Shown here piece by piece: positions 63,150 to 64,000 of a DNA stretch of 64,000 bases. Origin of the DNA: Octopus sinensis (Eukaryota); NCBI RefSeq assembly GCF_006345805.1, contig NC_043024.1:17298001-17362000 (forward strand), read 5' to 3'. A program made the position numbers and the translations under genes. Numbering within the stretch: the first letter of the stretch is position 1; every line of letters starts with the position of its first letter. Below the pieces are notes generated by a model. That model was not told the DNA's origin, made no database searches, and saw only the letters and a program-made list of their open reading frames with translations.

Positions 63150-64000
63150 GCAAGGATGTTGTCTTGAGGTTTGGGGACAACAAGTCTTCTCAAATCTCAA
63201 GAATCTGTTTTTGGATTCTTGCAGAATTTCAGGGTTGCACTTTTCTGCACATCTACAATGCAAGCCCCAATTCCAATATCCTTCAGTGTCTAAGGCAGCA
63301 GTTTGTGAGTTGTGACAAGTGCACCAATTACCACTGAAATAATTCTTGTCTTAGGATTCCAAAATCGTTTCAACTCTCTGACAACAACCTGATATTTCTC
63401 AATTCCTTCGGTATCCACTCTGTTATCTTATGGAATTACAAAGTCTATGATCTTAAGCTGTTAATATATTTTGTCCTTTATAATCACATCTGTTCTTGTT
63501 TCACTAATAAAATCAATCTTTATGGGGAAGTCTCATAAGATCCTGTAACTCTTATTCTCTATCACAGCCTCTGGTTCATGTTCACTCCACTTTCCTGTTA
63601 TTTCAAAGTCATGCATTCAGCTAACATCCCAATGCACTCTCTTACCTATGTCGTCATGGCTATGCTTATACTCTTTTTGTGCTAGCTTACTGCATTTATT
63701 CAAGAGGGGACTGATACTTTCGTTTCCTTTCTTGAAGATTCTACATTTTCTCTCTGACCAAGTTTTGTCAATCTTCACTTTTATTTGATTATCCTAATAG
63801 CATATTCCTGAGCAGCTCCTAAGTGAAAAGCAATATGTTTTGCCACGGGCAAAAGAGAATTATAACATGGAAGATTCTTCACTGATTCAGTTAGCTACTG
63901 TTTTAAAGACAGAAATAGGGTTTATTTTTGGAGATGTTCCTGCTAAATTCTATGCATGTTGAAGTCCTGGCACAGGGTTGTCAGTTTTGAGAGAAGTGAA
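63150..64000 (-). mobile_element. R4/Dong-like LINE 3' half (CCHC-like knuckle and REL endonuclease), decayed
   Basis: KCRIFKKGNESISPLLNKCSKLAQKEYKHSHDDIGKRVHWD…HEPEAVIENKSYRIL*DF…IIDFVIP*D…EKYQ…ELKRFW…VVIGAL; the 3' end abuts (AAT)n. Confidence 0.88.

Overview
Eukaryotic, AT-rich, repeat-saturated genomic DNA. The microsatellite load and SINE families resemble what I recall of octopus genomes; this is inference from memory, not a database search. I could not confidently identify any host gene, tRNA, rRNA or CRISPR array. Almost all ORFs in the supplied track are translations of (TA/TG)n, (CAT/CAC)n, (AAT)n or (TTC)n repeats. Supportable content: (1) five tRNA-derived SINE families in about 40 full or partial copies, some arrayed or nested with visible target-site duplications; (2) a 5'-truncated RTE LINE (18547-22048) with a PHD finger inserted in its RT region and a roughly 6-fold tandem amplification of its 3' UTR, plus older RTE remnants; (3) five R4/Dong-like LINE 3' fragments; (4) non-autonomous Helitrons and hAT-, piggyBac- and Tc1/mariner-like elements; (5) four long, near-perfect palindromes; (6) several minimal hammerhead-ribozyme-like motifs of the Penelope type, including an inverted pair flanking a Pol III (tRNA-like) head at 7147-7520, which is the most unusual structure seen. 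A few low-confidence exon-like segments may belong to a gene with very long introns. One decayed minus-strand frame carries a GS...EFDFM motif reminiscent of Mab-21/cGAS-like nucleotidyltransferases.
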